Positions 61,253 to 64,000 of a stretch of DNA of 64,000 bases are shown piece after piece. This stretch comes from an uncultured cyanobacterium (GTDB taxonomy: Bacteria; Cyanobacteriota; Cyanobacteriia; Phormidesmidales; Phormidesmidaceae). The first letter of the stretch is position 1; every line of letters begins with the position of its first letter. Made by a program: the position numbers and the translations under genes. Where the stretch lies: positions 480,001 to 544,000 of the forward strand of contig CAWBZI010000006.1 of NCBI GenBank assembly GCA_963793265.1. Reading direction: 5' to 3'. Below the pieces are notes generated by a model. It saw only the letters and a program-made list of their open reading frames with translations. It was not told where the DNA came from and did no database searches.

Positions 61253-61906
61253 ATGAGGCGATCGCTTGTGAAGTGGCTTCAGCAAAAGCAAAAGAGTTTG
61301 GGAATTTGGCTAGCTCGGGTAAAAAGCCGACTCGCTTCGGTTTGGCACGACTGGCGCGTAGCTGAAATGAATGCCATGCGATCACAAGGCTTATGGAGCA
61401 GCGGCGAAACCGCTAAGACCTGTGAAAGTAGCCACTACTGGGCGACTAGCAGCGCCTCTGCTGAAACGCTCTGGCAAATGGTCACCGATCTAGCCGATTT
61501 AGCGACGTGGCATCCCCTTATTGCCTCTACTAACGCGCCGCGCGGTCAAAAGGCTAAGCCAGGCTTAATCTACAGAGTCGCCAGCCGTTATTTCCCTATC
61601 TCTACTCAAATATTTGTTGAGCGAGTGCTGCCCGGCGAGCTGCTGAGCATTCGTTTATTCCCGCTGCCGGGGCTACAGGAGCGCGTGACCTATCGAATTA
61701 TCTCGACGCTCTGCGGCACCTGCGTGCTGTATTCGATTACTCTGAGCGGCTGGCTTTCCCCGCTGGCCTGGCCGGTTGTAAAGCCTCATGCGACTAAAGT
61801 GGCAGCGGCTTTGGTTGAGGCGGCTGAGCAGTCTCGGGTAGACGGAGAGCGGGGTGTAGTGGGTGTGCGATCGCGTTCAAAGACAGACATATTCGGCTCT
61901 ACATAG
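61253..61906 (+). CDS. SRPBCC/polyketide cyclase-like protein
   Basis: AS...LW..V.DL....WHP START-fold pattern; start uncertain. Confidence 0.7.
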   Translation: MRRSLVKWLQQKQKSLGIWLARVKSRLASVWHDWRVAEMNAMRSQGLWSSGETAKTCESSHYWATSSASAETLWQMVTDLADLATWHPLIASTNAPRGQKAKPGLIYRVASRYFPISTQIFVERVLPGELLSIRLFPLPGLQERVTYRIISTLCGTCVLYSITLSGWLSPLAWPVVKPHATKVAAALVEAAEQSRVDGERGVVGVRSRSKTDIFGST

Positions 61907-61952
61907 ATCGGCTCTACATAGATCGGCTCCACATAGATCGGCTTTACATAGA
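61893..61952 (+). repeat. 4 x 15-bp tandem repeat TCGGCT(C/T)(T/C)ACATAGA across a stop codon
   Basis: units at 61893, 61908, 61923, 61938. Confidence 0.9.
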
Positions 61953-62045
61953 ACAATACAAATTCGCAGGCTCGCATCGCCTCGCGCTAATATCTTCAAG
62001 TAGCGCCAGCCTTTTCAACTGCCTTTTCAAAATTTCTTCCAATTA

Positions 62046-63116
62046 ATGATTAAAACGCTTGATACCGCCTCCGTTTTAGAAGTCCTTAAGCCCGTTCAAG
62101 ATCCAGAGCTGCAAAAAAGCCTGGTCGCCTTGAACATGATTCGCAACGTGACGGTAGACGGCGGTAATGTGAGCTTTACGCTGGTGCTGACCACGCCCGC
62201 TTGCCCGCTGCGTGAGTTCATCGTCGAAGACTGTGAAAAGGCTGTGCGCACGCTACCCGGTGTTGAGAATGTAGCGGTAGAGGTAACCGCTGAAACGCCT
62301 CAGCAGAAGGCGCTGCCCGATCGCACGGGCATTGCGGGCGTGAAAAATATTTTGGCAGTTACCAGCGGCAAAGGCGGCGTGGGCAAGAGCACGGTCGCCA
62401 TTAATATTGCTGTTGCCTTGGCAAAAACCGGCGCTACGGTTGGCTTGATTGATGCCGACATCTACGGCCCTAATGCGCCGACCATGATGGGCCTCAGTGA
62501 AGCTAATGTGACCGTTCGAGATGACAACGGCGCTCAGGTGCTAGAGCCTGCCTTTAACCACGGCGTAAAAATGGTGTCGATGGGCTTTTTAATCGATAAA
62601 GATCAGCCGGTAGTATGGCGCGGCCCAATGCTAAACGGGGTAATTCGTCAGTTTCTCTATCAGGTGCAGTGGGGCGAGCTGGACTACATGGTGGTGGATA
62701 TGCCACCCGGTACGGGAGACGCACAGCTAACGCTGGCTCAAGCGGTGCCGATGGCCGGGGCGATTATTGTGACCACGCCGCAGAACGTAGCGCTTTCGGA
62801 CGCGCGCCGGGGTCTGAAAATGTTCGAGCAGTTGAATGTGCCAATTTTGGGCCTGGTTGAAAATATGAGCTATTTTGTGCCGCCCGATATGCCCGATAAA
62901 AAATACGCTATTTTTGGTACGGATGGCGGTGAAAAAGCAGCGGAAGAGTTAGGCGTGACGCTATTGGGCAAAGTGCCTTTAGAGATGCCGGTGCGAGAGG
63001 GAGGCGATTCGGGATTGCCGATTGTGCTCTCTGCGCCTGAGTCGGCTTCAGCGATCGCGCTAATGGATATTGCTAAGCAGGCGGCGGCTAAAATCTCTGT
63101 GGCAGCGCTGACTTAG
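62046..63116 (+). CDS. mrp: Mrp/NBP35 (ApbC) Fe-S carrier ATPase
   Basis: V.DPEL, LTTPACP, SGKGGVGKST, DADIYGP, DMPPGTGD, VENMS. Confidence 0.93.
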   Translation: MIKTLDTASVLEVLKPVQDPELQKSLVALNMIRNVTVDGGNVSFTLVLTTPACPLREFIVEDCEKAVRTLPGVENVAVEVTAETPQQKALPDRTGIAGVKNILAVTSGKGGVGKSTVAINIAVALAKTGATVGLIDADIYGPNAPTMMGLSEANVTVRDDNGAQVLEPAFNHGVKMVSMGFLIDKDQPVVWRGPMLNGVIRQFLYQVQWGELDYMVVDMPPGTGDAQLTLAQAVPMAGAIIVTTPQNVALSDARRGLKMFEQLNVPILGLVENMSYFVPPDMPDKKYAIFGTDGGEKAAEELGVTLLGKVPLEMPVREGGDSGLPIVLSAPESASAIALMDIAKQAAAKISVAALT

Positions 63117-63165
63117 AAAAATATGAGCTAAAAAACATTTGACTATTATTGTTTGCACTTAATCT

Positions 63166-64000
63166 ATGTCTTCTTATTCTCCTAGCTCGTCGCAGTTTAA
63201 GAAACGCTGGAAGCGGCTTTTTCACGGCTGGCAGGGCGTGGACTGGCTGCTGTTTATGCTGCCGGTAGGCGTAACCATCTTTGCGAGCATTTTAATTGGC
63301 AGCACGCAAAAGTACACGGGTGAAGGCGGATATGCCATTAACCACGCGATTTTAGGAGCGATTGGCGCGGCGCTGGCCCTGTGGATTGCGCGCAGTCGCT
63401 ACGAGGTGCTGTTGCAGTGGCGATGGATTATTTATGGGGCGACGATTGTGTCGCTGCTAGCCGTTATGTTCATCGGGACAGAGGGCCTGGGGGCGCAGCG
63501 CTGGATTACCATTCTCGGCTTTAACGTACAGCCTTCTGAGTTTGCCAAGCTGGGCGCAATCATTACCCTGGCCGCGACGCTGAAAGACCGCGATGCTTCG
63601 ACGCTCTACGGCATGGTGAAGGCGCTGGCGATTACGGCGGTGCCCTGGGCGCTGGTCTTTTTACAGCCTGACTTAGGCACCTCACTGGTGTTTGGCGCAA
63701 TCACGCTAGGAATGCTGTACTGGAGCGGCACGAATCCAGGCTGGTTGATTTTGATGATTTCGCCGCTGGTGTCGGCAATTGTGTCTCAAATTTGGCCGCC
63801 AGTGTGGATCGTATGGGCCGTGCTGATGGGAATTGTGGCGTTTCGGTCGCTGCCCTGGTGGTCGCTGTATAGTGGAGCGATCGCAGTCATTATCAACCTC
63901 CTCTCAGGCAAGCTTGGTCAGGTGTTGTGGGGCGTACTCAAGGACTACCAAAAAGACCGTCTCATTCTCTTTCTAGATCCTGATAAAGATCCACTAGGCG
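63166..64000 (+). CDS. rodA: rod shape-determining protein RodA (partial, runs off window)
   Basis: own translation from ATG 63166: GAQRWI..GF.VQPSEFAK, LQPDLGTSLV, YQKDRL..FLDP..DPLG. Confidence 0.9.
   Translation, partial: MSSYSPSSSQFKKRWKRLFHGWQGVDWLLFMLPVGVTIFASILIGSTQKYTGEGGYAINHAILGAIGAALALWIARSRYEVLLQWRWIIYGATIVSLLAVMFIGTEGLGAQRWITILGFNVQPSEFAKLGAIITLAATLKDRDASTLYGMVKALAITAVPWALVFLQPDLGTSLVFGAITLGMLYWSGTNPGWLILMISPLVSAIVSQIWPPVWIVWAVLMGIVAFRSLPWWSLYSGAIAVIINLLSGKLGQVLWGVLKDYQKDRLILFLDPDKDPLG

Noticed and set aside
61893..61952. possible CRISPR array
   Set aside because: Contiguous 15-bp units with no spacers and no cas genes in the window

Overview
Cyanobacterial chromosomal window: the HIP1 octamer GCGATCGC is abundant and the gene content fits a phycoerythrin-containing strain. 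About 1.9-27 kb is a phycobilisome rod super-cluster with cpcBA-cpcEF, cpeU-pebAB, nblB, aplA, cpeCD-cpeSTR, cpcT, cpcS, NtcA-driven nblA, cpeBA-cpeZ, cpeF, cpeY and extra lyase paralogs. It is interrupted by a C-regulated type II R-M module and a ClC channel gene. Next come an NYN/LabA nuclease behind a promoter + structured RNA + terminator leader, rpmG-rpsR-rnb, a second type II R-M pair, housekeeping and glycosylation genes, and a decayed type I R-M locus holding duplicated vapBC. The window ends with a membrane-anchored caspase homolog, psb29, hemF, mrp and partial rodA. The most notable observations are: (1) the RNA-leader/NYN cassette, with type III toxin-antitoxin-like architecture; (2) an apparent G-rich to C-rich strand-skew switch centred on HIP1 sites, independent of gene orientation; (3) a three-layer nested REP/MITE/palindrome whose inner repeat family also sits in frame inside a glycosyltransferase; (4) a multi-hairpin leader with complementary loops before a small ORF; (5) two CpeF/MpeV-type lyase paralogs. 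Several single-base frameshifts may be assembly errors. All family calls come from motif recognition by eye; no searches were run.
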